DNA of 64,000 nucleotides from Clostridia bacterium (GCA_017430535.1 JAFRMR010000007.1:61817-125816), one strand, 5' to 3'. Shown: positions 33,560 through 41,670, counted from the first letter of the stretch. Numbers and translations are program-made. Notes: generated by a model from the letters alone, not told the origin.

Positions 33560-33638
33560 GCCGCTTTTTCCCCCTCGCCGTACCTTGGTACTGTCTTCGG
33601 CGGAAGAAAGCGGCATTTTCATCTTAATTTCTACGGGC
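33560..33638 (+). repeat. copy 3 of ~80-nt conserved hairpin element (diverged)
   Basis: GCCGCTTTTTCC pairs with GGAAGAAAGCGGC. Apical hairpin GTACC-tt-GGTAC. Followed by ATTTTCATCTTAATTTCT. Confidence 0.7.
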
Positions 33639-33667
33639 GTGACCTGAGCATTAAAAAACAATATATA

Positions 33668-33702
33668 TAAACGAAAACCGGTACCGTTGATGCGGTACCG
33701 GT
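33668..33702 (-). terminator. terminator of the 40-aa ORF transcript
   Basis: ACCGGTACCG / CGGTACCGGT stem (33677-33702). On the minus strand it is followed by TTTTCGTTT. Confidence 0.65.
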
Positions 33703-33785
33703 GAAGTATTCCTTATGGCCCAAAGCACAAAGGCTTCGGATATATTAAATCAGCCGTGGCTGATGATTGTGCGGAGTGTGGGAGA

Positions 33786-33908
33786 TTATCTGTAAAGTCC
33801 CTGCAACTCGATAATCTTAAAAAATCTTTTGAGTGAGAAGAATTTTTCGTGGCTGATTTCTTCCATAAGTCTTTCTTCCATTTCTCTGATTGCTTTGTAG
33901 TCTACCAT
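33786..33908 (-). CDS. unannotated 40-aa protein (MVDYKAIREMEERLMEEISHEKFFSLKRFFKIIELQGLYR)
   Basis: Below the ORF-track size cut-off. ATG at 33908 preceded by AAAGGAG with 8-nt spacing, a near-consensus promoter upstream and its own terminator downstream. Confidence 0.6.
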   Translation of the reverse strand: MVDYKAIREMEERLMEEISHEKFFSLKRFFKIIELQGLYR

Positions 33909-33941
33909 TTTTAACGACTCCTTTCGTTGGTTGGTGGCTTC

Positions 33942-33969
33942 ATTATAGCACCTTTTCCGGTAATGTCAA
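33942..33969 (-). promoter_or_regulatory. near-consensus sigma-A promoter for the 40-aa ORF
   Basis: Minus strand: TTGACA (33964-33969), 16 nt, TGC-TATAAT (extended -10; hexamer 33942-33947). Confidence 0.65.
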
Positions 33970-34236
33970 GTTAAAATGCACAATATCCCATTGCCTGTAT
34001 TGTATAATATGCACAATAAGCTATGTTGAAACCCTGTTGTCATTTTTAACCTAATTTTCTGACACAGTCAGTTGATTTTATGTAAAATGCTCTAAGTTTT
34101 TAACACTTTAACCTCGGGGTAACACTTTGTTAACATGATATCGTGTTCTTGAGTTGAGTGTTGATTAAAGTTTGTGCACAATTTATGCAAATTTTCATGT
34201 TTTATAGTGAAAAAAGTATAAAAAACAGCGGTCCCC

Positions 34237-34265
34237 TTGTTAAACCTGTATTATTATTTTATAAT
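34237..34265 (+). promoter_or_regulatory. candidate promoter for the 602-aa permease operon
   Basis: TTGTTA (34237-34242), 17 nt, TATAAT (34260-34265), about 30 nt upstream of the GGAGGA RBS. Confidence 0.5.
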
Positions 34266-34305
34266 GGCAATGTGATACGCAAAAAAACGAACCTGGAGGA
34301 TGTTT

Positions 34306-36108
34306 ATGGCAGATATCAAAAACAAAGCTGTCGGGTTCTTCCACGAGGTCAAGGACCACTGGAAAAAACCGGCCGAGGGCAAATATGTGCCTTACAGAGA
34401 ATACAAGGATATTTTCCTTGCGGTAGGCTTTAACTACTCCGGCAACAAGACCCTTGAGTACATTGTTTTTGCAGCTTCCTGCTACCTGATGATGTACCAC
34501 TACAAGCTGCCCTACCTTACTTTTTCCGTAATCAACATCATCAATATGCCCCTGAACTATATCTGGACTATGATGACCTGGTATATTGCGGATAACCTTG
34601 GGTTTATGCCCAAGAAGAACGAGCGCAAATTCTATGCCGTTTATATGCTGCTTATTGTTATAGGCGTGGCGATGATAATATTTGACCCATCCATGCTGTT
34701 TAATCAGAACGGCAGGTTCGTAACATATATCAATTCACTTGAGGGTATCAACTGCTCATCGGCATTCAAGATTCTGGGCACTCATATCCTCTGGAACGGC
34801 TGGTTCGGTGCAAGAAACATCTTCTGGCGCAAAAAGCTGGTGCCCAAATACGGCAGATACAAATACAGCCTTTACTGCAATGCAATACCCAAGTGCATTA
34901 TGGTTATACTTATCGGCTGGGTTCCCTTCTACAACATCCCCGATGTTATCACAAGAGTTTGGGTTGCCAACCTTATGTTTGCAATCTACAACCTCTTCCC
35001 CTTTGACAACAGCCTTGAAATGTGCGCCCAGAATATCAGCCCCAATGTCAGGGAGCGTATCTGGGTAAGAACAATACCCATAAAGCTTTCACACTTCCTT
35101 AACTCCATTGTGGCTATACTTATGCCGGTGTTTATCGGTATGCTCCGCTACAAGTGGGAGGATATAAATCTTTTCAAATATATTATTCCCGGTTTCTTCA
35201 CTTTCTGCGTAATAGTTACAATGGTCTTTGCCGGCAGAATCAAGGAGAGAATCCCTCAGCCGCCCATTGAGAAGAAGGTTAATATCAGCTTCTGGGACGG
35301 TATGTTCGGCGTAATGCGCAATAAATATAAATGGGTAAATACCATTGTGGGGCTTATTGACTCCCTTGGCAACGGTATGCTGCCTTTTGCCACAATACTT
35401 TACCTTTACACCTTCCGCCTTAGCGGACTTATTTACTCCCTGCTGGTTGCTCTTGTATCCTTTGCGGGTACGCCGCCGGATTTCTTTGCGCCGTACTTCC
35501 TAAAGCGGTTTTCATACAAACAGCTTATGATATTCTTCCAGCTGTCAAGGGCAATAGGCAACGCCGTTATTGTGCTGGCCCTTGTATTCCTGGGTGACAG
35601 AGTGAACCTTTGCGGCACGGTATGCGTAATAACCCTGATATTTATGGAGATGACCAAAACCATACCCGTTACCGCCGGCCACGATATGGATATACGTATC
35701 AATGACTACCAGATGTACCTTTCCGGCGAAAGGCTTGAAAACTTCTCAGGCGTATTCGGCTGGTTCACCGGCCCCATCACCTCATTTGTTGGCCTGATTA
35801 TCCCCATTATGCTGCTCAAATACGGCTTCAACAGCAACTGGGAAGTGCTGTTTGTTGATTCCTCCAGAATCAAGATTATTGTTATACCCATAATAATTGA
35901 TATAATCGGCTATGTGCTTATGACCATCCCCTACATTTTCTGGGATTATGATGATGAAAAGCAGGCCAAGGTTATGGAAGTACTCAAAGCCCGCGAGGCG
36001 GCCACAAACGGAAGCCTTGACGGCTCCTCCGGAGGAGAGGATCTGCAGCAGGATGAAGAAACACCCGAAGCTGCTGAATATGCGGAAAGTGAGGCGGTTA
36101 CACAATGA
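34306..36108 (+). CDS. divergent GPH/MFS_2-like polytopic membrane transporter with acidic C-terminal tail
   Basis: About 12 hydrophobic segments. The segment NDYQMYLSGERLENFSGVFGWFTGP resembles the GPH-family D..E..TG.R.EG loop. Start at the second ATG (34306), 5 nt after GGAGGA. Confidence 0.6.
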   Translation: MADIKNKAVGFFHEVKDHWKKPAEGKYVPYREYKDIFLAVGFNYSGNKTLEYIVFAASCYLMMYHYKLPYLTFSVINIINMPLNYIWTMMTWYIADNLGFMPKKNERKFYAVYMLLIVIGVAMIIFDPSMLFNQNGRFVTYINSLEGINCSSAFKILGTHILWNGWFGARNIFWRKKLVPKYGRYKYSLYCNAIPKCIMVILIGWVPFYNIPDVITRVWVANLMFAIYNLFPFDNSLEMCAQNISPNVRERIWVRTIPIKLSHFLNSIVAILMPVFIGMLRYKWEDINLFKYIIPGFFTFCVIVTMVFAGRIKERIPQPPIEKKVNISFWDGMFGVMRNKYKWVNTIVGLIDSLGNGMLPFATILYLYTFRLSGLIYSLLVALVSFAGTPPDFFAPYFLKRFSYKQLMIFFQLSRAIGNAVIVLALVFLGDRVNLCGTVCVITLIFMEMTKTIPVTAGHDMDIRINDYQMYLSGERLENFSGVFGWFTGPITSFVGLIIPIMLLKYGFNSNWEVLFVDSSRIKIIVIPIIIDIIGYVLMTIPYIFWDYDDEKQAKVMEVLKAREAATNGSLDGSSGGEDLQQDEETPEAAEYAESEAVTQ

Positions 36109-37211
36109 GCAAAAAGAATAAAGAAAAAAGAGACACAACCGCCGTTTACAACGAAATAAAACTTGATATACCCAAGGGCGAAGAATGGACCTACCAGATA
36201 GAAGGCCTCAAAGCCCCACTCATAGGCAAATCCGTAGAGAATGCAAAGATGAAAAAGGTGCTGGTGGTTATCACCCTGCTTATTGCCATAGCGCTGTCAA
36301 TATTCTTCTCAGTGCGGGCGGTTCACAGCGATACCTACACCTTTGAGCAGCTTGAAAGCGGATGGCAGTTTTCCAAATTCAGCAACCCCGGCGATATTAC
36401 GGAAATCACCATTGACTTTGCGGAAGGCGACAAAACAAAACCCATTTCAAGCATCAGGGAATACGCCTTTAACTGCGATGACAAGCTCACAAGCATCACA
36501 ATAGGCAAAAGCGTTGAGCAGATTGACGGCAAATCATTTTACAGCGTATGGAACCTGCGCAATATCTATGTTGACAAAGAAAACGCCTTTTACTGCGATG
36601 TGGACGGCGTGCTCTACAACAAGGATATGACCGAGGTTATCTGCTACCCCATAGATCACGATGCCTATCTCAGGGAGAAAGCCGGCTATGAGGAAGAGCT
36701 GTGGAGAGACAGCGAAGGTTATGATGATGCCTATATTGAAGCAGTGCAGACCTACAGAATACCCGAAACGGTTGTAAAAGTCGGCGAGCTTTGCTTCAAC
36801 TACACAAATCTTGCTGTTATCTATCTGCCCGAAGGGCTTGAGAGGATTGAAACCCTTGCCTTCTTTAAGGCAGAGAACCTGAAGGATATTATCACCTACG
36901 GCCCCGGGGGAGAATATAAATCCCTGCCGGAAACCCTTAAATATATCGGCTCCGATGCCTTCACCCGCAACCAGCAGCTTACCTATATGTTTATACCCGC
37001 AAGCGTTGAATTCATAGGCCACCACGCGTTCTGGGACACCGCCTATAAAGAGGACGGCGAAGTAAAGGGCGTTGCGGTTATGAACGCGGCGCTCAGCGAA
37101 GAGGAATTCAAAGCAAAGGTTGAGGCCGGCGACCACTGGCTGCCCAGCTATGACTATAAACTGCTGAAAAAGACAATCGATGTAAACTACTCTGCAGCAA
37201 GAGAAAAGTAA
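36105..37211 (+). CDS. single-pass membrane-anchored BspA-type leucine-rich-repeat (LRR_5) protein
   Basis: TM helix VLVVITLLIAIALSIFFSV after a ~50-aa basic N terminus. LRR_5 units such as LTSITIGKSVEQIDGKSFY and the VDGVLYNKDMTEVICYP motif. ATGA overlap with the upstream permease. Confidence 0.7.
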   Translation: MSKKNKEKRDTTAVYNEIKLDIPKGEEWTYQIEGLKAPLIGKSVENAKMKKVLVVITLLIAIALSIFFSVRAVHSDTYTFEQLESGWQFSKFSNPGDITEITIDFAEGDKTKPISSIREYAFNCDDKLTSITIGKSVEQIDGKSFYSVWNLRNIYVDKENAFYCDVDGVLYNKDMTEVICYPIDHDAYLREKAGYEEELWRDSEGYDDAYIEAVQTYRIPETVVKVGELCFNYTNLAVIYLPEGLERIETLAFFKAENLKDIITYGPGGEYKSLPETLKYIGSDAFTRNQQLTYMFIPASVEFIGHHAFWDTAYKEDGEVKGVAVMNAALSEEEFKAKVEAGDHWLPSYDYKLLKKTIDVNYSAAREK

Positions 37212-37213
37212 AC

Positions 37214-37243
37214 AAAAAAGAGCCTGCATGCAGGCTCTTTTTT
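37214..37243. terminator. bidirectional terminator shared by the two convergent permease operons
   Basis: Perfect 30-nt palindrome AAAAAAGAGCCTGCATGCAGGCTCTTTTTT. Confidence 0.9.
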
Positions 37244-37257
37244 AATACGCATTTTAA

Positions 37258-38151
37258 TCAGCCGACCTTATAAAATGTATAAAGCGGTGAGGTGTCGCAG
37301 GATTTATTTGCCACATACCAGCTGTGACCGATTTTTACTACGGTGATATCAATGCTGTCAACCACAACTTTATCGTTTGCGGTAACCTGAACTTTTACGG
37401 TTTTGGCTTCGCTGATTTCGGCGTCAATTCCGTATTCTGCGGCGTCGGGTACCTGAGCATCGCTTGCGGAGAGAGCTTTTACGGTAAGCTTATAGTCATC
37501 GCCGAATGCGCTCTGATAAGCGCCCTTTGATGCTTTTTTAAGCTGAACGCCGGTGTTCTTATCAAACTCATCCTCGCAGCCGGTCAGGCTTTCGCCGTAT
37601 TTTGAAAGGTTTGCTTCAAAGGCGCCGAAAAAGGCCTCATCATCAAAATAATCGTCTTCAAAAACCTGTTTCCTTACCTCTTTAAGCTTTTTTACATAGC
37701 CTGAAAAGATTGCATCGTAATTATCAAAGCCGTTATTTGCCTGCACAAGGCTAAGGAAGAAGGGATACATTTCATCCGTCACCTTGCCTTTGAGGGTGCC
37801 GTCATCATTAAGGGATTTTTCGCCTTTAAGCTCTTTATCATCAAGGCCTTTAAGGTCTTTGGTGCTGCTGCCCGGGGTGTAATTTTCATAAATCTCGGGG
37901 TAAATGTAATTCACACGGATAAAGTCGCCGAATTTTGAATCAAGGCTCAGCAGGCTGTTTTTATAGGCGTTATAGCCGTCGCCGCTCTGCACAATGGTAT
38001 CAACATAAGTTTGCGCGGTTTTCATCGGGTCAAGGGCTGTGTACCTTGTGGTGTAGGAAAACAGGGTAAGGGCAACAAGGGCGGCAACAACGATTAAAAC
38101 GGCAAAAGTGCCGTAAAGCTTATAGTTGAATTCTTTTTCTTTATTTGCCAT
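37258..38151 (-). CDS. single-pass membrane-anchored extracytoplasmic protein, no recognisable family
   Basis: Basic N terminus, then the TM helix FAVLIVVAALVALTLF, then a 250-aa acidic soluble domain. AAGGAGGG RBS sits 12 nt after the permease stop. Confidence 0.65.
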   Translation of the reverse strand: MANKEKEFNYKLYGTFAVLIVVAALVALTLFSYTTRYTALDPMKTAQTYVDTIVQSGDGYNAYKNSLLSLDSKFGDFIRVNYIYPEIYENYTPGSSTKDLKGLDDKELKGEKSLNDDGTLKGKVTDEMYPFFLSLVQANNGFDNYDAIFSGYVKKLKEVRKQVFEDDYFDDEAFFGAFEANLSKYGESLTGCEDEFDKNTGVQLKKASKGAYQSAFGDDYKLTVKALSASDAQVPDAAEYGIDAEISEAKTVKVQVTANDKVVVDSIDITVVKIGHSWYVANKSCDTSPLYTFYKVG

Positions 38152-38163
38152 TTCTATCCCTCC

Positions 38164-39651
38164 TTATTCCGATTCCGGTGCATTCTCTGCATCGGTGCTT
38201 TCCGCCGCGGCGGCGCGTCTTTCCATAAGCTCTTTGACTATTCTTTCTTTCTTTTCGCCTACCATATCATAGAACAGAATGGGAAGGCCCTGGAATATAA
38301 CGAAAATTGCGGGGATAATGGTATAAATCATAAGGAACTTATTTAGGGTTGCATCGCTCTGGGCGGCATAGGCAACATTTGCATCTGTTGAAACAAGGTA
38401 GCCGGACCAGGTGTAAAGAAGCCAGGGGCCGAGGGCCTTGGTAAATGCGGAGGCAACCTTTGCAAACAGACCGTAGCCGGCGTAAGCGGTGCCCTCCTGC
38501 CTTTTGCCGGTTTTCCACTCAATTTCATCAACGCAGTCCGCAATCATAATATTTGGCGTAACATTGGTGTTGCCGTGCTGAATACCGCAGAAGAAGTTGA
38601 GAACAAGGAAGGGAACAATAAGGGCGCTTCTGAAACCGATACCCGTTGCCACAAAGTACAGGATGGCAAGGGAGGTGGCGCCGTAAACGCAGAATAAAAT
38701 AAAGGTCTGCTTGGTGCTGAACTTTTTGAGCACAAAGTTTACAAGCAGAGTGCCCACCGCCGTGCCTATGCCCATAGGCAACAGAAGGGCAAGTTTCAGG
38801 TCCTTGGAACCGAGCAGGTAAATAGCAATATAAAGTGAAACGGTGCCGTAAACGCCCCTGCCGAAGCCCGTAAGCTTGGTAAGGGAAACCATAAGCAGGT
38901 TTTTATTGGTGAAAACAACCTTAACGGCATCTTTAAGTGATACTTTTTCCCTGGTGAAGGGAACACGCTCTTTGTTATTCACAAAGAATATCATAACAAA
39001 AAGGATGAACCCCAGGGCGCAGATTGCGGTTGAAATAATAAGATCAAGGCCCTGCGCTTCGGCGTTTTTGAACTGCTGCTGACCCATAACGGCTTTCATA
39101 ATAAGGCCCACAACCATAACAACCACCATGCCGCCGCTCTGGCCAACGCTCTTCATAAACGAAGCTATTGAAATGGCACTGGATCTTTCGGAGGGTTCCG
39201 GCGAGCAGAGAGCTCCGAAGCACTCGGCAGGCCTTTCTACCGCGCAGCCGATGGCTGTGTAAAGGGAATAAACAACATACATCCAGATTATGGCAAGGGT
39301 CTGGTTATTGGTATTGGGGGCAACAAATACCAGCATGGCTATAATAGCCATGGGTATTGAGCCGAAACCTATCCAGGGCTTTACCTTGCCCAGCTTTGTG
39401 CGGGTATTATCAATAAGGAAACCCGTAACAAGCTCAATTACCGCGCCTATAATGCCCGCGGCCAGAAATACTGTGGAAATGTTGGTGGAAATAACGGAAC
39501 TGTCAAACCCCTTGCCCTTGAATGCAAAATCTGCAAAGAAGGTCTGGGTGTAATCGGGCATCCATCCGGTGAGCAGGGCCACGCCGAAAAGCCCGATACC
39601 GAAAGTGAAAATTTCGGATTTTCTCATATATTTTTTCTTGGCTTCGTCCAT
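38164..39651 (-). CDS. glycoside-pentoside-hexuronide (GPH) family cation symporter
   Basis: DNTRTKLGKVKPW and ADCVDEIEWKTGKRQEGTAYAG match GPH/MelB signature loops. 12 TM. Start moved to MDEAKKK (39651) behind GAAAGGAA. Confidence 0.8.
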   Translation of the reverse strand: MDEAKKKYMRKSEIFTFGIGLFGVALLTGWMPDYTQTFFADFAFKGKGFDSSVISTNISTVFLAAGIIGAVIELVTGFLIDNTRTKLGKVKPWIGFGSIPMAIIAMLVFVAPNTNNQTLAIIWMYVVYSLYTAIGCAVERPAECFGALCSPEPSERSSAISIASFMKSVGQSGGMVVVMVVGLIMKAVMGQQQFKNAEAQGLDLIISTAICALGFILFVMIFFVNNKERVPFTREKVSLKDAVKVVFTNKNLLMVSLTKLTGFGRGVYGTVSLYIAIYLLGSKDLKLALLLPMGIGTAVGTLLVNFVLKKFSTKQTFILFCVYGATSLAILYFVATGIGFRSALIVPFLVLNFFCGIQHGNTNVTPNIMIADCVDEIEWKTGKRQEGTAYAGYGLFAKVASAFTKALGPWLLYTWSGYLVSTDANVAYAAQSDATLNKFLMIYTIIPAIFVIFQGLPILFYDMVGEKKERIVKELMERRAAAAESTDAENAPESE

Positions 39652-39725
39652 CAATCTGTTCCTTTCAGGGTGAATTTTTTTGCAAAAAATATTATAAAAC
39701 ATTCAGGATAAAAATACAATAACAA

Positions 39726-40388
39726 TCAGCCCAGTAAATCAAGCAGTCTGTCCGGCCGCCTGGTGGTGATATTATCCGGGCGGGTTTTCAGCATACGGAG
39801 CATATCCTTTTCTTCGTTACAGGTCCATACCGATACCGGCAGGCCATAATTATGAAAAACCCCGGTAACTTTGCCGTTAACCCGGCGGAAGTTGGAATTA
39901 AGGCCGCAGGCGCCGCAGGACCTGACTTTTTCTGCAAGGGCGGTTAGTCTGCGGGTGCTTTTCGACTCGAAAAACGAAATGCTGTGGTTAAGATAAAACG
40001 GCAGGGTGGAATTTTGCTTTACGGCATCAACCCAGCCTTTGCCTATGCCGGTGTAAAACGCTCTGCCCTCAAGCCCTTTGGCTTTGACAGCTGCGTCAAC
40101 GGCGGCAATATTCGCAACAGATTTCATATCAATATTAAGCCTGCAGGTTGGATGACCCGCAATAACAGTCAGCACCTCATCAAGGGGCACGCCGCCGCTT
40201 TTGCCTGCAGAGGAGGCGTGGACTATAACAGGTGTGCCGTCATCCCTGAAGGTAACATCTATTTCAACAACATCCGCATTCATTTCAACAGCTTTTTTTA
40301 CGGATTCAACCGAGTTTGCCGGGGTATTCATAAACCCGGCGTGAAAGGTTACGGTAAATCCTTCGGGCAGATTAAACTTTTTATTCAA
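39726..40388 (-). CDS. glycerophosphodiester phosphodiesterase family protein
   Basis: GDPD-like N terminus FHAGFMNTPANSVESVKKAVEMNADVVEIDVTFRDDGTPVIVH. TTG start behind AAAGGAG. Confidence 0.7.
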   Translation of the reverse strand: MNKKFNLPEGFTVTFHAGFMNTPANSVESVKKAVEMNADVVEIDVTFRDDGTPVIVHASSAGKSGGVPLDEVLTVIAGHPTCRLNIDMKSVANIAAVDAAVKAKGLEGRAFYTGIGKGWVDAVKQNSTLPFYLNHSISFFESKSTRRLTALAEKVRSCGACGLNSNFRRVNGKVTGVFHNYGLPVSVWTCNEEKDMLRMLKTRPDNITTRRPDRLLDLLG

Positions 40389-40436
40389 GGCGCATCACTC
40401 CTTTACAAAAAAGAATTATACATCAAAAAAAACGGG

Positions 40437-40465
40437 TTGTCTACATTTTGCACCTATGTTATAAT
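40437..40465 (+). promoter_or_regulatory. candidate promoter for aldo/keto reductase gene
   Basis: TTGTCT (40437-40442), 17 nt, TGT-TATAAT (hexamer 40460-40465). Confidence 0.5.
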
Positions 40466-40488
40466 TACAATAACAGGGGGGAACGAAA

Positions 40489-41613
40489 ATGAAAGGTTTT
40501 GAAAAGAATTTCGGTTTCGGTTTTATGCGCCTGCCTGAAATTGAAAAAGGCGTTTACGATATTGAAGAAACCGAAAAAATGGTTGACCTGTTTATGAATG
40601 CAGGCTTCACTTATTTTGATACAGCCCACGGCTACTGTGACGGCAAAAGCGAGGAAATCCTGCGGCTTACCCTTACAAGCAGGTACCCCAGAGAATCATA
40701 CACCGTTACGGATAAACTCTCCGGCGGCCACTTCAAAAGCGAAAGTGATATAAGGCCGCTTTTTGAGAGCCAGCTTAAAGCAGTGGGTGTGGATTACTTT
40801 GATTTTTACCTTATGCACGCTCAGGACAGAGGCAACTACGGTAAATATAAAGAATGCCGGGCTTACGAAACAGCCTTTGAGCTGAAAAAAGAAGGAAAAA
40901 TCCGCCATGTGGGTATTTCTTTTCACGATAACCCGGATCTGCTTGATGAAATACTGACGGAACATCCCGGTATTGAGGTGGTGCAACTTCAGTTTAATTA
41001 TATTGATTATGAAAGCCCTTCCGTAAGAGCCCGTGAATGCTATGAAATTTGCTACAGGCACAATAAACCCGTTATAGTTATGGAACCCGTTAAAGGCGGC
41101 AAGCTTGCAAATCCGCCCGAAAAAGCAGCGGAGATATTTGATGCTCTCGGAGGCGGAAGCTATGCGCAGTACGCCATAAGATATGCCGCCGGATTTGAAA
41201 ATGTGGTTATGGTGCTCTCAGGCATGAGCAACTGCGAAATGGTCAGGGATAATGTTTCGTTCATGCAGAATTTCAGGCCTCTTGATGAAAGAGAAAAAGA
41301 GGCGGTTGACAAGGTTGTGGATATATTCAATCACCTTGACGATATACCCTGCACCGCCTGCAGCTACTGCACCGAAAACTGCCCCATGGATATACCCATA
41401 CCGGATATATTCTCCTGCATGAATACAGCAAAGCATTTCAATGACTGGAACCAGGTTTATTATTACAATGTAAAGACCACGGGCAAAGGTAAGGCCTCCG
41501 ACTGCATAAAATGCGGCATGTGCGAAGACAGCTGCCCCCAGCATATTGAAATACGTAATTTGCTGGAAACAGCCGCCGAAAAATTTGAAAACCAAGAAGT
41601 CGAATCCGACTGA
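40489..41613 (+). CDS. aldo/keto reductase fused to C-terminal 2x[4Fe-4S] ferredoxin-like domain
   Basis: AKR N terminus FMRLP...YFDTAHGY. C-terminal Cys clusters CTACSYCTENCP and CIKCGMCEDSCP. Confidence 0.85.
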   Translation: MKGFEKNFGFGFMRLPEIEKGVYDIEETEKMVDLFMNAGFTYFDTAHGYCDGKSEEILRLTLTSRYPRESYTVTDKLSGGHFKSESDIRPLFESQLKAVGVDYFDFYLMHAQDRGNYGKYKECRAYETAFELKKEGKIRHVGISFHDNPDLLDEILTEHPGIEVVQLQFNYIDYESPSVRARECYEICYRHNKPVIVMEPVKGGKLANPPEKAAEIFDALGGGSYAQYAIRYAAGFENVVMVLSGMSNCEMVRDNVSFMQNFRPLDEREKEAVDKVVDIFNHLDDIPCTACSYCTENCPMDIPIPDIFSCMNTAKHFNDWNQVYYYNVKTTGKGKASDCIKCGMCEDSCPQHIEIRNLLETAAEKFENQEVESD

Positions 41614-41629
41614 AAAATTTCTTTTATTA

Positions 41630-41670
41630 TTGCAGAGGTTGATATTATCAATCCTCTGCAATTTTATTTT
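41630..41670 (+). terminator. intrinsic terminator
   Basis: TTGCAGAGG ... CCTCTGCAA stem followed by TTTTATTTT. Confidence 0.75.

Noticed and set aside
33318-33670. Track ORFs 33318-33533 (71 aa) and 33479-33670 (63 aa), plus 5049-5288 (79 aa) at the other repeat copy.
   Set aside because: They run straight through terminator hairpins and the repeat element. The first starts at a non-ATG codon without an RBS. Their shared FFGSAV peptide simply reflects the conserved nucleotide repeat read in one frame.
33221-33710. Possible CRISPR array or MITE, given the repeated palindromic units.
   Set aside because: There are only two to three units. The repeats are diverged rather than identical, there are no uniform spacers and no cas genes in the window. 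I could not find terminal inverted repeats next to the 12-nt direct repeats, so a classical MITE is not supported either.
34158-34433. 91-aa ORF overlapping the start of the permease gene.
   Set aside because: It starts with a non-ATG codon in the AT-rich spacer without an RBS. It runs out of frame into the permease coding region, across that gene's promoter and RBS.
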